Assembly: GCA_046704725.1 (NCBI GenBank)
Contig: JBJKRI010000006.1
Span: 187,482 to 251,481, forward strand
Source: Candidatus Woesearchaeota archaeon
Lineage (GTDB): Archaea > Nanobdellota > Nanobdellia > Woesearchaeales > SKIA01
Length of the DNA stretch: 64,000 nucleotides
Reading direction: 5' to 3'
The notes beneath the pieces were generated by a model, which was not told where the DNA came from, searched no databases, and saw nothing but the letters and a program-made list of their open reading frames with translations. Position 1 is the stretch's first letter; each line of letters begins with the position of its first letter. The position numbers were made by a program, and so were the translations under genes. Below, piece after piece: positions 63,230 to 64,000 of this stretch.

Positions 63230-64000
63230 GTGCGATCACCCGTCTTTCCCAGTCGTTTCATGTACCAATAGACGATACCCGCGTTCTGCAGCCAGGTGAA
63301 GACCACATCGCCGATCATGCCGATGAAGATGATGAGCATGATCTGCCGGATCACGTCGCTCGCAGACAGGATGAGGGAAACGGTGACGGCTGCGGCAGTC
63401 GTCATCTGCATGGTGCCTCCCGTCTTGAACGCCCCCCAGATGCGCTGGGTGACACTGCCCTCCGAGCGCTTGAGCACGCGCGTGGAGAGCAGGATATCCG
63501 TGTCCACCGAGTACCCGATGAGCATGAGGAACGCCGCGACGCCGGCCGTCGAGAGACGTACCTGCAGCAGGTCGATGATGGCGAGCGTCATCGTTATGGT
63601 GGACGCCGCTGCCAAGATGACCGCGCCGCTCGGGACGCTGAAGTAGAAGTACGTCGCCATGCTCGCCACGACGATGACCGCCAAGGTGATGATGCCGGCG
63701 GTCCCAGGAACGAGGCCGTGGAAGAGCGAAGCGATCGCCGCGATCAGCCCCATGAGGATCTTGAGGGAGCGGTGGTCGCCGAAATACAGGTAGACGACCC
63801 AACCCATCCAGAGGAACGCGAGGAGGATGCCGATGATGGTCTGCTCGAAGAACGTGGCGCCCAACGACGGACCGGTCACCTCGACGCTGTTGCTCACGAC
63901 AGGATACTTCTGATTGAGGAAGTCCGTGAGGGCTTGCGCGGCCTGCTGCTCGTCCTTGGCGATGTCGGCAGCGTCGATGACCAGCGTGGTCCCCTTGCCC
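63226..64000 (-). CDS. secF: Protein translocase subunit SecF (5' end outside the window)
   Basis: GPSLG, LMLIGYSVDTDILL, TWLQNAG; ATGA overlap with secD. Confidence 0.93.
   Translation of the reverse strand, partial: GKGTTLVIDAADIAKDEQQAAQALTDFLNQKYPVVSNSVEVTGPSLGATFFEQTIIGILLAFLWMGWVVYLYFGDHRSLKILMGLIAAIASLFHGLVPGTAGIITLAVIVVASMATYFYFSVPSGAVILAAASTITMTLAIIDLLQVRLSTAGVAAFLMLIGYSVDTDILLSTRVLKRSEGSVTQRIWGAFKTGGTMQMTTAAAVTVSLILSASDVIRQIMLIIFIGMIGDVVFTWLQNAGIVYWYMKRLGKTGDRT

Overview
A gene-dense, GC-rich archaeal chromosome segment read in the standard code. Archaeal markers include TFB, Rpo12, L37ae, aIF5B, SRP54, NucS, NreA, prefoldin-beta, Pcc1 and TATA boxes about 25 bp before many apparently leaderless starts. 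The compact gene set, PDZ-like SecD and many orphan genes suggest a DPANN archaeon, probably Woesearchaeota-like (inference). The window holds a MacB/LolD-type ABC operon, a membrane pyrophosphatase, SMC, FtsZ, AlaRS, DNA ligase, XPD, SecDF and five tRNAs. No transposase, integrase, CRISPR array or rRNA was seen. Most interesting: (1) an initiator tRNA-Met with a 30-nt BHB intron at the non-canonical 53/54 site; (2) a signal-less subtilase translationally coupled to a stand-alone copy of its own propeptide-like domain, a candidate protease/inhibitor module; (3) a tRNA-Gly preceded by two extra copies of its own 5' 12 nt; (4) a coiled-coil plus classical AAA ATPase gene pair with a DD Walker B; (5) several strongly base-paired intergenic RNAs and long leaders that match no family I recognise; (6) tandem palindromic operators in front of an HTH gene. 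All calls were made by eye, with no database searches.
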